DNA from: an uncultured Candidatus Rokubacteria bacterium | GTDB lineage: Bacteria; Methylomirabilota; Methylomirabilia; Rokubacteriales; CSP1-6 | Direction: 5' to 3' | Assembly (NCBI GenBank): GCA_963771355.1 | Contig: CAVYTA010000004.1 | Coordinates: 32,001 to 96,000, forward strand | Length of the DNA: 64,000 bases | Part shown: positions 19,941-30,731 of the stretch, in pieces | Position numbering within the stretch: the stretch's first letter is position 1 | Layout of the letters: the number at the start of each line of letters is the position of its first letter | Position numbers and translations under genes: made by a program | The notes under the pieces: generated by a model | Told to the model about the DNA's origin: nothing | The model's input: only the letters and a program-made list of their open reading frames with translations | Database searches by the model: none

Positions 19941-21848
19941 GTGATCAGCACCATGCGCGAATACTTCAGGGGGCTGAAGTTCGTCCTCCTGCTCGTCATC
20001 GTCGCCTTCGTCGCCACCTCGGTGGTCTACTTCGGCACCGGCTCCATGAGCGGCGGGGTCAGCGACCACGCGGTGGCCACCGTGAACGGCGAGGAGATCC
20101 CGGTGGAGCGCTTCCGCCGCGCCTATTCCAGCTACATCGAGTTCTACCGGCAGATCTACAAGGACCGCCTGACCCCCGAGATGGCGGAACGTCTCGGCGT
20201 CACCCAGCAGGTGATCAACGAGCTCGTCCAGGACGCGCTCATCACGCAGCAGGCCAAGCGCGAGGGAGTGACGGTGACGGACGAGGAGGTGCGCGCCCGC
20301 ATCCAGCAGGTGCGCGCCTTCCAGGACGAGGGGCGCTTCTCACGCGAGCGCTATCTCAGCGTGCTGAAGCAGGTGCGCATCGACCCCGCGGACTTCGAGG
20401 CCGATCAGCGGCGTGACCTCGTCCGCCGGAAGATGGAAGGCCTGGTGCGCGAGGGGGTGAAGGTGACGCCCGACGAGCTGCAGCAGGCCTATTCCTTCCG
20501 CCGTGATCGGGTGCGCGCGGCCTGGGCGGGAGTGGAGGCGGTCCCGTTCATGGCGCGGGTCACGGTGGCCGATGCCGACCTCGAGCCCTATCTCAAGGCG
20601 CATCAGGCGCAGTTCACCCGGCCGGAGCGGCGCAAGATCCAGTATGCGCTCGTCAACACCCGGGCCTTCGCGGAACCCGTGTCCGACGCGGCGGCGGAGA
20701 AGTACTACACCGAGCATTCCGCGGAGTTCGAGAAGCCGCGCCGCCTCCGCGCCTCGCATGTGCTCGTCCGGGTGCCCTCGGTGGGCGGCAGCGAGGCGGA
20801 GGACAAGTCGCGGGCCAAGGCGGAGGACGTGATCCGGCGCGCCAAGGCCGGCGAGGACTTCGCCAAGCTGGCGCGCGAGACCTCCGAGGATACCGCCACC
20901 GCGCCCCAGGGCGGGGATCTCGGCTTCGTGGGCCCCGGTGAGATGGTGCCGCAGTTCGAGCAGGCGGTGTTCGCCTTGAAGAAGGGCGAGATCACGGCGG
21001 CGCCGGTGCGCACCCCCTTCGGCTACCACGCCATCAAGGTGTTCGACGCACAGGAGGGCGGCCGCTCGCCGTTCAAGGACGTGGCGCCCAAGATCAAGGA
21101 GAAGCTCCTCGCGGAGCGCAGCGAGCGCGCCGCCGCCGCGAAGGTCGAGGAGATCAAGGCGCCGCTGCAGGCGGCCAAGGAGTTCCCGGCCGAGGCGCGG
21201 AGGCTCGGCGTCGAGGTTCGCGAGGCGACCATGGCCCGCGGCGACGGGCTCGAGGGCATCGGCCGTGACGCCCCCCTCGAGGAGGCGGTGTTCCTTCTCG
21301 CCCCGGGCGGGGTGTCGGGCGCGCTCAAGACCCCCTCGGGCTACGCGCTGGTCAAGGTCCAGGAGGTGCTGCCGGCGGGCGTCCCCCCCCTTGCCGACAT
21401 CCGGAGCGAGGTGACCGAGGCCATCAAGCGCGAGCGCGCGGATGCGCTCGCGATGGAAAAGGCCAAGGCCCTGGCCGCGGCGGCGCGGGAGGGCGACCTC
21501 ACCGCGGTGGCGAAGAAGGAAGGGGTCAACAGCGGTGAGACCGGCTTCTTCTCGCGAGCGGAGCCGCCTCGCGACCGGACCTCGCTGCCGGGAACGGTGC
21601 TGGTGGCCGCGCTCCAGACCCCGACCGGCCAGGTGGCCGACCCGGTCAAGACTCCGGCCGGCGTCTACGTGGTGAAATCGCTGGAGCGCCAGCCCGCCGA
21701 TCCCCGCGCCTTCGACCTCGAGCGCGAGGAGCTGGCGAAGCAGGTGCTGGAGCAGAAGCGCACCCAGGCGTGGGAGGCGTGGATGCGCGCGCTCGGCCAG
21801 TCGGCCAAGATCGAGATGGGCGGTCCGGTAGCGGGGGCGGGTCGATAG
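19941..21848 (+). CDS. ppiD: PpiD-like chaperone/parvulin PPIase with SurA N-terminal domain
   Basis: TM anchor, VATVNGEEI, ASHVLV, GGDLGF, FGYHAIKV; AGGAGG RBS. Confidence 0.9.
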   Translation: MISTMREYFRGLKFVLLLVIVAFVATSVVYFGTGSMSGGVSDHAVATVNGEEIPVERFRRAYSSYIEFYRQIYKDRLTPEMAERLGVTQQVINELVQDALITQQAKREGVTVTDEEVRARIQQVRAFQDEGRFSRERYLSVLKQVRIDPADFEADQRRDLVRRKMEGLVREGVKVTPDELQQAYSFRRDRVRAAWAGVEAVPFMARVTVADADLEPYLKAHQAQFTRPERRKIQYALVNTRAFAEPVSDAAAEKYYTEHSAEFEKPRRLRASHVLVRVPSVGGSEAEDKSRAKAEDVIRRAKAGEDFAKLARETSEDTATAPQGGDLGFVGPGEMVPQFEQAVFALKKGEITAAPVRTPFGYHAIKVFDAQEGGRSPFKDVAPKIKEKLLAERSERAAAAKVEEIKAPLQAAKEFPAEARRLGVEVREATMARGDGLEGIGRDAPLEEAVFLLAPGGVSGALKTPSGYALVKVQEVLPAGVPPLADIRSEVTEAIKRERADALAMEKAKALAAAAREGDLTAVAKKEGVNSGETGFFSRAEPPRDRTSLPGTVLVAALQTPTGQVADPVKTPAGVYVVKSLERQPADPRAFDLEREELAKQVLEQKRTQAWEAWMRALGQSAKIEMGGPVAGAGR

Positions 21849-22435
21849 CCCCCGGCGCCATCGAGGGGGCCGCGCTCCTCGTCATCGACGCCCAGCAGGA
21901 GTACTTCGCGCCCATCGGCAAGGTGGTGCTGCCGGGCGGACCGGCCGCGGTGGCGCGCATCGCGCGCCTGCTGGAATGGGCGCGGGCGACGCGCGTGCCC
22001 GTCTTCCACATCGTCCATGAGAGTCGCAAGCCGGGCGCGCAGATCTTCGCCCCGGGCTCCCCCGCGCTGGCGGTGCACCCGCTGGCGGCGCCTCGGGAAG
22101 GGGAGCCGGTGATCCAGAAGCACCTCCCCGGCTCCTTCACCGGCACGCGGCTCGAGGCGGAGCTGCGCGAGCGTGGGATCGAGCGGGTCATCGTGTCCGG
22201 CTTCATGACCCAGATGTGCTGCGACACGACCGCGCGCGAGGCGGCGCATCGCGGATTCTCGGTCACCATGCTGTCGGACGCCACCGCGGCGATGGACGTC
22301 AAGGGGCCGGACGGCGTGGTCATTCCCCATGACGTGGTCCATCGCACCCACCTCGGCAGCCTGAACGGCTTTCTCGCCGAGGTGCGGTCGAGCGCGGACG
22401 TGATCGGCTCAGAGCAGGGCTCAAAGCAGGGCTGA
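21770..22435 (+). CDS. Isochorismatase/cysteine hydrolase (true start probably near 21845)
   Basis: ALLVIDAQ, KHLPGSF, TQMCCDTTAR. Confidence 0.85.
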   Translation: MGGVDARARPVGQDRDGRSGSGGGSIAPGAIEGAALLVIDAQQEYFAPIGKVVLPGGPAAVARIARLLEWARATRVPVFHIVHESRKPGAQIFAPGSPALAVHPLAAPREGEPVIQKHLPGSFTGTRLEAELRERGIERVIVSGFMTQMCCDTTAREAAHRGFSVTMLSDATAAMDVKGPDGVVIPHDVVHRTHLGSLNGFLAEVRSSADVIGSEQGSKQG

Positions 22436-22462
22436 GCGCGGGCCGCGCAGGGCGTCGCCGGC

Positions 22463-22936
22463 GTGATCGAGATCGTCCATCCCGTGCTTCCCGTTCCCGG
22501 TCGGCTCTTCGCCGGTCCGCGCCCGGATCCGCCCTTCGCCGCCGCGGCGGCGCGGCTGCGCGAGGGGGGCATCACCACGGTGGTCTCGCTGCTCGGAGAG
22601 GACGAGCTGCCGCCCGGGCTCGTGCGCGCGTACGGTGACGCCGGGCTCACCCTTCGCCGGTTTCCCATCGCCGACTTCGGCGTCCCCACGGATGCCGCGG
22701 CCTTCCGGTCCTTCCTGGAGCGCATGCTGGTGGACCTGCGCGCCGGCGAGGGGATTTACGTGCATTGCGCCATGGGCCGCGGGCGCACCGGAACGGCGGT
22801 GGCCTGCCTCCTCGCGCTGGCCGGTGCCGAGGGAGATCCGGTGGCGCTGACGCGGGTGCTCTATCGACGCGACACGGTGGAAACGGCGGGGCAGCGCGCC
22901 TTCGTGGCCGGGTTCCGGGCGCGGGAGGAAGGCTAG
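22463..22936 (+). CDS. Dual-specificity/tyrosine protein phosphatase family
   Basis: PIADFGVP and HCAMGRGRTG (CX5R). Confidence 0.88.
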   Translation: MIEIVHPVLPVPGRLFAGPRPDPPFAAAAARLREGGITTVVSLLGEDELPPGLVRAYGDAGLTLRRFPIADFGVPTDAAAFRSFLERMLVDLRAGEGIYVHCAMGRGRTGTAVACLLALAGAEGDPVALTRVLYRRDTVETAGQRAFVAGFRAREEG

Positions 22937-25900
22937 CGGGAATCGGTCTCGGGGCGGCGCGCGCCGAAGCGGCTTGCGCCCCAGGCCAGCCGTCCGGCGA
23001 GCGCACGCTTCCAGCGCGGGAAGCGGATGCCGGCGAAGGCGCGCAGCCCGCGCATGTCGTCGAAGGTCGAGTAGATCACCGGCGTGATGAGGAGCGTCAC
23101 CACCAGGCAGAGCAGCTGGCCCCCCACCACCACGGTGGCCAGCGAGGCGCGCGACGCGGAGCCGTCGCCCCGCCCCAGCGCCACCGGCAGCATGCCGGCC
23201 ACGATGGCGAGCGTGGTCATGAGGATGGGCCGGAGCCGCGCGCGGTCGGCCTCCATCTGGGCCTGGTCCCTCGGCATGCCGCGCTCGCGAAGGACGTTGG
23301 TGTAGTCCACCTGCAGGATGGCGTTCTTCTTGACCACCCCCATGAGCAGGAAGAGCCCCATGATGGAGTAGATGTTGAGCGTCTTGTCCAGGAGCTTCAG
23401 GGTCAGGATCCCGAAGGGAATGGACAGGAACATCGAGACCATGATGGTGAGCGGGTGGACGAAGGACTCGAACTGCGCGGCGAGCACGATGTAGATGAAG
23501 CAGAGCGAGAGCACGAAGGCGACGACGAAGTTCGCGAGCGCCTCCTGGAGCAGCTTCCCCCGGCCGGTGACGAGGATGCCGTACTCCGGGGGCAAGTGCT
23601 GGGCGGCCACCGCGGCGAAGGCCTCCTTGTACGCCTCCGCGAGGGGCTTTTCGGGCAGCAGGTTCGAGACGATGGTCATGGAGCGCTCCTGCGCGTAGCG
23701 CTCGATCTGGCCCGGGCTCATGCCCGCGCCCACCGTGGTCACGTTGGAGAGCTTGACCAGCGAGCCGTTGCCCGCCGGCACCATGAGGGCCGGCAGCCCG
23801 GAGGCGTCCTTCCGATAGCCCTCGTCCAGGCGGAGCCGGATGTCGTACTGCTCGCCGGCTTCCCGGTAGAAGCCGACCTTCTCCCCGCCCACCATGGTCC
23901 GCAGCGCGGTGGCCACCGCGTCCATCCGCACTCCCAGGTCGGAGGCCTTGTTGCGGTCGATCTGCACCTGCACCTCGGGCTGGCGGAGGGACTGGGCGGT
24001 GTCGAGATCCACGAAGCCGGGCTTGGTCTTCAGCACGCCGATCACACCCTGGGCGTGGCGCTCGAGCTGGGCGAGCTCGGGCCCGCGCAGGATGAGGTTG
24101 AACTGCGTCTGCCGGAAGCCGCCGCCGCTGATCAGGCTGATGTTCTGCACGCTGACGCGCATCCCGGGGAACGCGGCCAGCCGCTGGCGCACGTCGTTCA
24201 TGAGCTCGAGCTGGATCCGCTTCCGCTGCGACAGATGCTTGAGCCCCACGTAGATCGAGATGTCGGTGACGTTGGACTGGTACTGGCCGCGCACCCCGAT
24301 GGTGGTGAAGAGCGTCAGCACCTCGGGCACCTTCCGGATCTCCTCCTCCATGGCGCGGCTGAGAGTCGCGCTCCGCTCGATGGACGAGCCCGGCGGCGCC
24401 TCCGCCACCACCTCGAACTCGCTCATGTCGTCGTCCACCACGAACTCGAGCTTGGAGGAGGTGATGAGGAACCAGCCGCCCACCATGATGGCGCCCAGGG
24501 CGAGAAAGCAGATCGCGCGATGCCGCAGGCACCAGCCGAGCGCCGTCTCGTAGGCGACCTCCAGCCGGTGGTAGAAGCCGGCGGACTTGGAGGTCGCATG
24601 CCCCGCCGGCCCGCCGTCGCGGTGCGGGCCCATTCCGGAGAAGACACGGGCCGCGAGCATCGGGGTGAGGGTGAAGGCCACCACCAGCGAGACCATGATG
24701 GCGAAGGCGGCGGTGAGGCCGAAGGAGTTCCAGAACTTGCCCACCAGTCCGCCCATGAAGGCCACCGGCAGGAAGATCACCACCAGGGACACGGTGGTGG
24801 CGGTGACGGCCAGGGAGATTTCCCGGGTGCCGGTGATGGCGGCCTCGAAGGGGGGGCGCCGCTCCTCCTCCGTGTGCCGGAAGATGTTCTCCAGCACGAT
24901 GATGGCGTCGTCGATGACGATGCCGGTGGAGAGCGACAGCCCCAGCATGGTGAGGTTGTTCAGCGTGAAGCCGGCCATCCGCATGGCGGTGAAGGTGGCG
25001 ATGATCGACACCGGGATGGCCAGAGCGGCCACGAACGCGGGCCGCAGCTTCTTCACCGAAAAGAAGAAGACCATGGTGACCACGATGCACACGCCGGTCA
25101 CCTTGAGGAGGAACTCGGGGTCGCCCTGGAGGAAGGCGGCGCTCACCGCCGCGATGACCGCCACCAGGACCAGGCTCTCGTACCAGAGGAGACGGCCGAT
25201 GAAGAAGGCCACGATGAGGCTGGCGAGCAGGCCCCCGAGGAGCAGGTGGTCCTGCACCTCGTGGAAGGAGCGCTTGATGAAGCGCGAGAGATCGCGAACG
25301 ATCTCGAACTGGATGTCCTGGGGCAGGCCCTTCTGCACCTCGGCCAGCCGCGCCTTGATCCGGTCCACCACCGCCACGGTATTGGTGCCGGACTGCTTGC
25401 GGATGAGGAGGGACACCGCGTTGTTACCGTTGAGGCGCGACAGCGTGCGCGGCTCTTCCTCGGCGTCCCGGATGGTGGCCACGTCGCGCGCGCGGACCGG
25501 ACTGCCCTTGGCGTCGGCGACGATGAGGTCCTCGAACGCCGCCACCGACTCGATGCGGCCCAGGGTGCGCAGGCCTTCCTCGTTACCGCCCGCGGTGAGG
25601 CGGCCGCCCGGGATCTCCACGTTCTGACGCAGGAGGGCGTCCTTCACCTGCTGGATGGACAGCCCGAAGGCGGAGAGCTTGTCCGGGTTGACGAGGATCT
25701 GGATCTCCCGCTTCCGGTCGCCCACCAGGGTGATGGCGCCCACGTCCTTGACCGTCTCCAGCGCCCGCTTGATGCGCTTGTCGGCGATCTCGGTGATCTC
25801 GCGCGCGGAGCGCTGGCCCGAGACGACGAGGGCCATCACGGGGGCCGAGTCGGGATCCACCTTCTCGACGATGGGCGACTCCGTGCCCGCGGGCAGGCGC

Positions 25901-26250
25901 GAGAGCACCGTCCCCACCTTCTCGCGCACGTCGTTGGCCGCCTCCTGGACGTTGCGCTCGAGCACGAAGGTGGCGAACACCTGCGACTGCCCCTCGATGG
26001 TGGAGGAGCGCAGCTCGTCCAGGCCGCTGATGGTGTTGACGACCTCCTCGATGGGCTTGGTGACCTGGCTCTCGATCTCCTCGGGAGAGGCGCCGGGGAG
26101 GAGGGTGGTGATGGTGATGGTGGGCAGATCCACCTTGGGGAAGATGTCGACTCCCAGCTGGACGAAGGAGGCGAGTCCCAGCACCACCATGGTGGCGATC
26201 ACCATGGTGGTGAACACCGGGCGGCGGACGAAGACTTCGAGGAAGCCCAT
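22933..26250 (-). CDS. RND efflux permease (AcrB/MdtB-like)
   Basis: RRPV, GIVIDDAIIVLENI, KNAILQVD, RLRPILMTT. Confidence 0.95.
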   Translation of the reverse strand: MGFLEVFVRRPVFTTMVIATMVVLGLASFVQLGVDIFPKVDLPTITITTLLPGASPEEIESQVTKPIEEVVNTISGLDELRSSTIEGQSQVFATFVLERNVQEAANDVREKVGTVLSRLPAGTESPIVEKVDPDSAPVMALVVSGQRSAREITEIADKRIKRALETVKDVGAITLVGDRKREIQILVNPDKLSAFGLSIQQVKDALLRQNVEIPGGRLTAGGNEEGLRTLGRIESVAAFEDLIVADAKGSPVRARDVATIRDAEEEPRTLSRLNGNNAVSLLIRKQSGTNTVAVVDRIKARLAEVQKGLPQDIQFEIVRDLSRFIKRSFHEVQDHLLLGGLLASLIVAFFIGRLLWYESLVLVAVIAAVSAAFLQGDPEFLLKVTGVCIVVTMVFFFSVKKLRPAFVAALAIPVSIIATFTAMRMAGFTLNNLTMLGLSLSTGIVIDDAIIVLENIFRHTEEERRPPFEAAITGTREISLAVTATTVSLVVIFLPVAFMGGLVGKFWNSFGLTAAFAIMVSLVVAFTLTPMLAARVFSGMGPHRDGGPAGHATSKSAGFYHRLEVAYETALGWCLRHRAICFLALGAIMVGGWFLITSSKLEFVVDDDMSEFEVVAEAPPGSSIERSATLSRAMEEEIRKVPEVLTLFTTIGVRGQYQSNVTDISIYVGLKHLSQRKRIQLELMNDVRQRLAAFPGMRVSVQNISLISGGGFRQTQFNLILRGPELAQLERHAQGVIGVLKTKPGFVDLDTAQSLRQPEVQVQIDRNKASDLGVRMDAVATALRTMVGGEKVGFYREAGEQYDIRLRLDEGYRKDASGLPALMVPAGNGSLVKLSNVTTVGAGMSPGQIERYAQERSMTIVSNLLPEKPLAEAYKEAFAAVAAQHLPPEYGILVTGRGKLLQEALANFVVAFVLSLCFIYIVLAAQFESFVHPLTIMVSMFLSIPFGILTLKLLDKTLNIYSIMGLFLLMGVVKKNAILQVDYTNVLRERGMPRDQAQMEADRARLRPILMTTLAIVAGMLPVALGRGDGSASRASLATVVVGGQLLCLVVTLLITPVIYSTFDDMRGLRAFAGIRFPRWKRALAGRLAWGASRFGARRPETDSR

Positions 26251-27590
26251 CAGCGGACGGGCGGAGTCTTGGGCAAGGGAGCGGAGCCGTTCCCCAGGAT
26301 GATGGGCGCGCCGTTGAAGAGCTGCGACAGATTCGTGATCGCCACCGTCTCACCGGGCTTCACCCCATCGAGAATCTCGACCAGCGCGCCCTGACGAGAG
26401 CCCGCCCGGACGATGCGCTCCGCGACCTTGCCCTCGCTCACCACGAAGACCTTGCTGACCCCCACGAAGTAGACCACCGCCTCCGCGGGCACGAAGGCGG
26501 CGACCGCGTCCAGCCTGGTCAGGGCCACCCCCTTGGCGAAGAAGCCGGGCCGCAGCCGGTTGTCGCCGTTGGCCACGCGCCCCTCGAGGGCGAGGCTGCG
26601 CGTCTGCACCTCCACCGCGGGTGAGAGCCGCGTCACCTGGCCGGTGAAGGTCTGCCCCGGGTAGGCCTCCACCGACAGCTCCAGGCGCTGGCCCACCTTG
26701 AGCTCGGGCGCGAAGCGCTCCGGCACCGTCCCCGTGTACTTGAGCGGGTCCAGCGCCACCAGCGAGAAGACCGGCGTGTTCTCCTTCACGTACTCGCCCG
26801 CATTCACGTGCCGCTTGGCGATCTGTCCCGCGAAGGGCGCGCGAATGGTGGTGTCGCCGAGCCGCTTGCGCATGATGCCGAGCATGGCGTCACGGCGCGC
26901 GACCTCGGCCTCCGCCACCCGGAGGGCGGCGCGATCGGAATCCAGCTGGGCCTCGGCGATGCGCACGTGGTCGGGGTGGAGGCTGCGCACGTTCATCGCC
27001 ACCTGGAGCTGGGCCAGCGCGGTGTTGTACCCGTTGCGTGCGCTGTCCACGTCGCGCTTGGCGATGAACTCCCGGCGGAAGAGCTCCTGGGTGCGGTCGA
27101 GCTCGGACTTGGCCCACTCCACCTGCGACTGGTTGCGCGCCACCTCGGCGTCCAGCGCGGAGAGCCCGTCGCGCGAGCGCCGCAGCGAGGCCTCGCTGGA
27201 GGCCACGGTGGCCTGGGCGCGCGCATACGACTGGCGCGCGGAGAGGAGATCGGCCTCGGTCTGCTCCACCGAGAACTGGAACTCGCGGGCGTCGTACTCG
27301 GCCAGGATCTTGCCCGCGGTGACCGCGTCGCCCAGATCCACCAGCAGCTTGGCGATGGTGCCGGGCTGCTCCGTCTTGACCACGGTCTCCTGCCAGGCCA
27401 CCACGCTGCCCACCGTCTCCACCGTTCGCTGCACCGGACGGGATTCGGCCCTCGCCACCGTGATCGGCAGCGGCTTGATGGCGGCCGCGCCCTTCGGCGG
27501 GGTGGGCGCCTGCGCGTCGGACTTGCTGCAGGCGGTGGCGGGGAGGACGGTGAGGGCAATCAGCGCGACTACGGCGAGGCCGGGGTGCAT
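26250..27590 (-). CDS. RND periplasmic adaptor (MFP), probable lipoprotein
   Basis: ATAC lipobox-like, long coiled coil, IRAPFAG, LRPGFF. Confidence 0.9.
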   Translation of the reverse strand: MHPGLAVVALIALTVLPATACSKSDAQAPTPPKGAAAIKPLPITVARAESRPVQRTVETVGSVVAWQETVVKTEQPGTIAKLLVDLGDAVTAGKILAEYDAREFQFSVEQTEADLLSARQSYARAQATVASSEASLRRSRDGLSALDAEVARNQSQVEWAKSELDRTQELFRREFIAKRDVDSARNGYNTALAQLQVAMNVRSLHPDHVRIAEAQLDSDRAALRVAEAEVARRDAMLGIMRKRLGDTTIRAPFAGQIAKRHVNAGEYVKENTPVFSLVALDPLKYTGTVPERFAPELKVGQRLELSVEAYPGQTFTGQVTRLSPAVEVQTRSLALEGRVANGDNRLRPGFFAKGVALTRLDAVAAFVPAEAVVYFVGVSKVFVVSEGKVAERIVRAGSRQGALVEILDGVKPGETVAITNLSQLFNGAPIILGNGSAPLPKTPPVR

Positions 27591-27670
27591 GAGGCCACAA
27601 GTCTACCCCAGGTGGCATCGCCCCGCGAGCGCTCGACCCCGGCGCCGTCGTGTCGTAACATACTGACCAT

Positions 27671-28159
27671 ATGGCGATTCAGCGCACTCCGATGACCAGT
27701 CCCGGCCATGAGCGCCTCAAGGCGGAGCTCGAGCGGCTCAAGCGCGTCGAGCGGCCCGCGATCACGAAGGCCATCGCGGAGGCGCGGGCTCATGGCGACC
27801 TGTCCGAGAACGCGGAGTACCACGCGGCCCGCGAGAAGCAGGGGATGACCGAGGCGCGCATCAAGGATCTCGAGGCCATGCTCGGCACCGCGGAGGTCAT
27901 CAACCCGCCCACCTCGGGAGACCGGATCACCTTCGGCTCCACCGTCCGGCTCGAGGACGAGTCCGGCAAGGAAGTGGTCTATCAGATCGTCGGCTCGGAG
28001 GAGTCGGACCCCGCGCACGGGCGCATCTCCATCCTGGCGCCGCTGGCCCGGACCCTCATCGGGAAGAAGGTCGGCGACACCGTGACGGTGCAGCTGCCCG
28101 CCGGCAAGAAGACCTTCCACATCCTCGCGGCGAATTTCTCCTTGCCGTCGACGGAGTAG
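27671..28159 (+). CDS. greA: Transcription elongation factor GreA
   Basis: [28 protein letters not shown]. Confidence 0.97.
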   Translation: MAIQRTPMTSPGHERLKAELERLKRVERPAITKAIAEARAHGDLSENAEYHAAREKQGMTEARIKDLEAMLGTAEVINPPTSGDRITFGSTVRLEDESGKEVVYQIVGSEESDPAHGRISILAPLARTLIGKKVGDTVTVQLPAGKKTFHILAANFSLPSTE

Positions 28160-28407
28160 CGCCGGCCTCGCCGAGCTCGCGTCCGGTTTTTCCTTCGTCG
28201 GCTGCTCTTTGCGCGGTCCGGAGCCGCTTCTGATCCAGCCGGGCGCATTCTTGAGGGCATCTTGAGCCGGCCTCCGCCTAGGCTTCGGCGGCGAGGATCG
28301 GTCTCGCGATACCGCTGGTGCATGTCTTCGACATCGCCCGTCAGCCTCGACGGGCTGGTGACCGACCGATCCCCGCTATACTGGGCCCGGCCCTGGGAGA
28401 TCGTGAC

Positions 28408-29172
28408 ATGGAGCGATGGGAGCGAACGCAGTTGTGGGCCCCGCTGGCCGCGCTGGGCGCGGTGGCGCTGGGCGTGCTGCTCACGCCGCTGCGCGAGGCC
28501 ACCTCCGCTTCCAATCTGGCCTTCGTCTTCCTGGCCTTCACCATCGTCGTAGCCGAGCTGGGCGGGGCGCTCCCCGCCCTCGTGGCGGCCCTGGTCTCCG
28601 CGATGAGCCTGAATTTCTTCCTCACCGAGCCGTACCTCACCCTGTCGATCAGCAAGACCGACGACCTCATTGCCTTCGTGGCCCTCGCCGCGTGCGGTCT
28701 CATCGCGGCAGCCTTCGGCTCGCGGCGCGAGCGGTGGTCCCGGGCGGCGGGGCGCGCGCACGAGGAGATCACCCTGCTCCGTCGGCTGGTGGACCAGGTG
28801 CGGGGCCGCGCCGCATTGGACCGGGTGCTCGGCGATCTCGCCCGCGTGTTCCGGCTGGGGGCGGTGGTGCTTCGCGACGCGGACGGGCGGGTGGTGGCAG
28901 TGACGCCGCCGGAGGCGGGGACCAGCGCGCGGCCGGAAACCGAGATTACGCTGGATTCGCCACTGCCCGCCGCCGCCACCCTTCACCGCTTCGGCTCCCG
29001 TGGGCTTCGCCTCCCCGAGGGAGGGGGCCGGCTCCGTCTCGAGACCAATCGCGGGCCCATGGAGCTCGACCTGTGGGAAGGCGATCCCCGGGGGTTCGAC
29101 ATCGATCAGTGGCGGACGCTGCAGATCGCGGTGGCTATCCTGGGGCTCCGCCTTCCACGCGCGCCCGCGTGA
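28408..29172 (+). CDS. DUF4118 (KdpD transmembrane-like) domain protein
   Basis: Four TMs with LNFFLTEPYLTL, followed by a GAF-like tail. Confidence 0.75.
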   Translation: MERWERTQLWAPLAALGAVALGVLLTPLREATSASNLAFVFLAFTIVVAELGGALPALVAALVSAMSLNFFLTEPYLTLSISKTDDLIAFVALAACGLIAAAFGSRRERWSRAAGRAHEEITLLRRLVDQVRGRAALDRVLGDLARVFRLGAVVLRDADGRVVAVTPPEAGTSARPETEITLDSPLPAAATLHRFGSRGLRLPEGGGRLRLETNRGPMELDLWEGDPRGFDIDQWRTLQIAVAILGLRLPRAPA

Positions 29173-30731
29173 GCAGCCAGCGCTCGCATCCGGACGCGCT
29201 CCTCGCGCGCGCGAAGGCGCTTGACTGGCGCTGGTATGGACCCGCGGTGGGAGTAGTGGGTGTCTGCACCGGCGTCGCGTGGCTGATGTTTCCCTATTTG
29301 AGCTCGTCGAATCTCATCATGGTGTACCTGCTCGGCGTGGTCGGCGGTGGCCACGCGCGCCTCCCGCGGGCCCGACGGTGCTGGCGTCCGTGCTCAGCGT
29401 CGTCGCCTTCGATTTCTTCTTCGTGCCGCCGTACCTCTCGTTCGCGGTGTCGGACACCGAGCACCTCTTGACCTTCGCGTGATGCTGCGTGGTGGCGCTG
29501 GTGACCAGCGGGCTCACCGTCCGCATCCGGGCCCAGGTCGAGGCGGCGCGCCAGCGGGAGCGGCGGATCGCGGCGCTGTACGGCATGAGCCGGAAGCTGG
29601 CCGAGCGTGCACGGGGTCGACGATCTCCTGGAGATCGCCTTGCGCCACATGGGCGAGGTCTTCTCCGGCCAGATCGCCGCTGCTCCTGCGCCGATGGGAG
29701 CGGGCACGGTGGCCCCGCGCCGCGTGGCCCCCGAGGGCATGGCGATGGGCGCGACCGAGCGGGGGTGGCCCAGTGGGCGTTCGAGCACCGGGAGGTCGCC
29801 GGGTCTGGGCACGGCCACCTTGCCGGGCGCCCGCGCGCTGTGCGTTCCGCTGGCCGGCCCGCGCGGCGCGGTGGGCGTGCTCGCGATCGTCCCCGCGGAC
29901 GGGCACGCCTTCGAGATCCCCGAGGCCCTCCACCAGCTCGAGACCTTCGCCAACCAGACGGCCCTGGCCATCGAGCGGGCGCAGCTGGCCGACGAGGCGC
30001 GGCGCGCCGAGGTCCGGGCGGAGACGGAGCGGATGCGCAACTCGCTCCTGAGCTCGGTCTCCCACGACCTCCGAACGCCGCTCGCCACCATCATCGGGGC
30101 TTCCAGCGGCCTCCTCGACGGCGCCGAGCGACTCGATTCTGCCACGCGTCGCGACTCGTCCGCTCCATCCACGGGGAGGCCAGCCATCTCGACCGGCTGG
30201 TGAACAGCCTGCTCGAGATGACCCGGCTCGAATCCGGCGCGGTCACCATCCGCAGGGAGCCGCAGGCGCTCGACGGCGTGCTGGGGGCCGCGCTCCAGCG
30301 ACTGGAGACTCTCCTGCGGGACCGGCCGGTGCGCGTGGATCTGCCTGCCGATTTCCCGCTCGTGCCCATCGACGCGGTGCTGGTCGAGCAGGTACTTCTC
30401 AATCTGCTGGACAATGCGACGCGGTACTCCGCCGCGGGCAGCCCGATCGACATCTCGGCCAAAGTGGCGGGAGCTCGAGGTCGTGGTGGAGGTGAGCGAC
30501 CGGGGGCCGGGTTTCGCGCCCGGCGACGAGCAGCGGGCGTTCGAGAAGTTCTACCGGGGCCGCTCCGCCGCGTGCGCGGGGTCGGGCTCGGTCTGGCGAT
30601 CTGCCGGGCCATCGTCGAGATCCACGGCGGCACGCATCACCGCGGAGAACCGGTCGGGGGGCGGGGCCACGATCCGGTTCACGCTGCCGCTCGAAGGCTC
30701 CCCCCGGGGCCGGGGGCTCTCCGATGGCTGA
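29169..30731 (+). pseudogene. kdpD: KdpD-like sensor histidine kinase (DUF4118-GAF-HisKA-HATPase), multiple frameshifts as sequenced
   Basis: FDFFFVPPY, ETERMRNSLLSSVSHDLRTPL, EQVLLNLLDNA, DRGPG, GLGLAICRAIVE spread across frames. Confidence 0.8.

Noticed and set aside
29480..29482. Second Sec codon in kdpD
   Set aside because: The TGA arises from a frameshift in a TM helix, not at a Cys position
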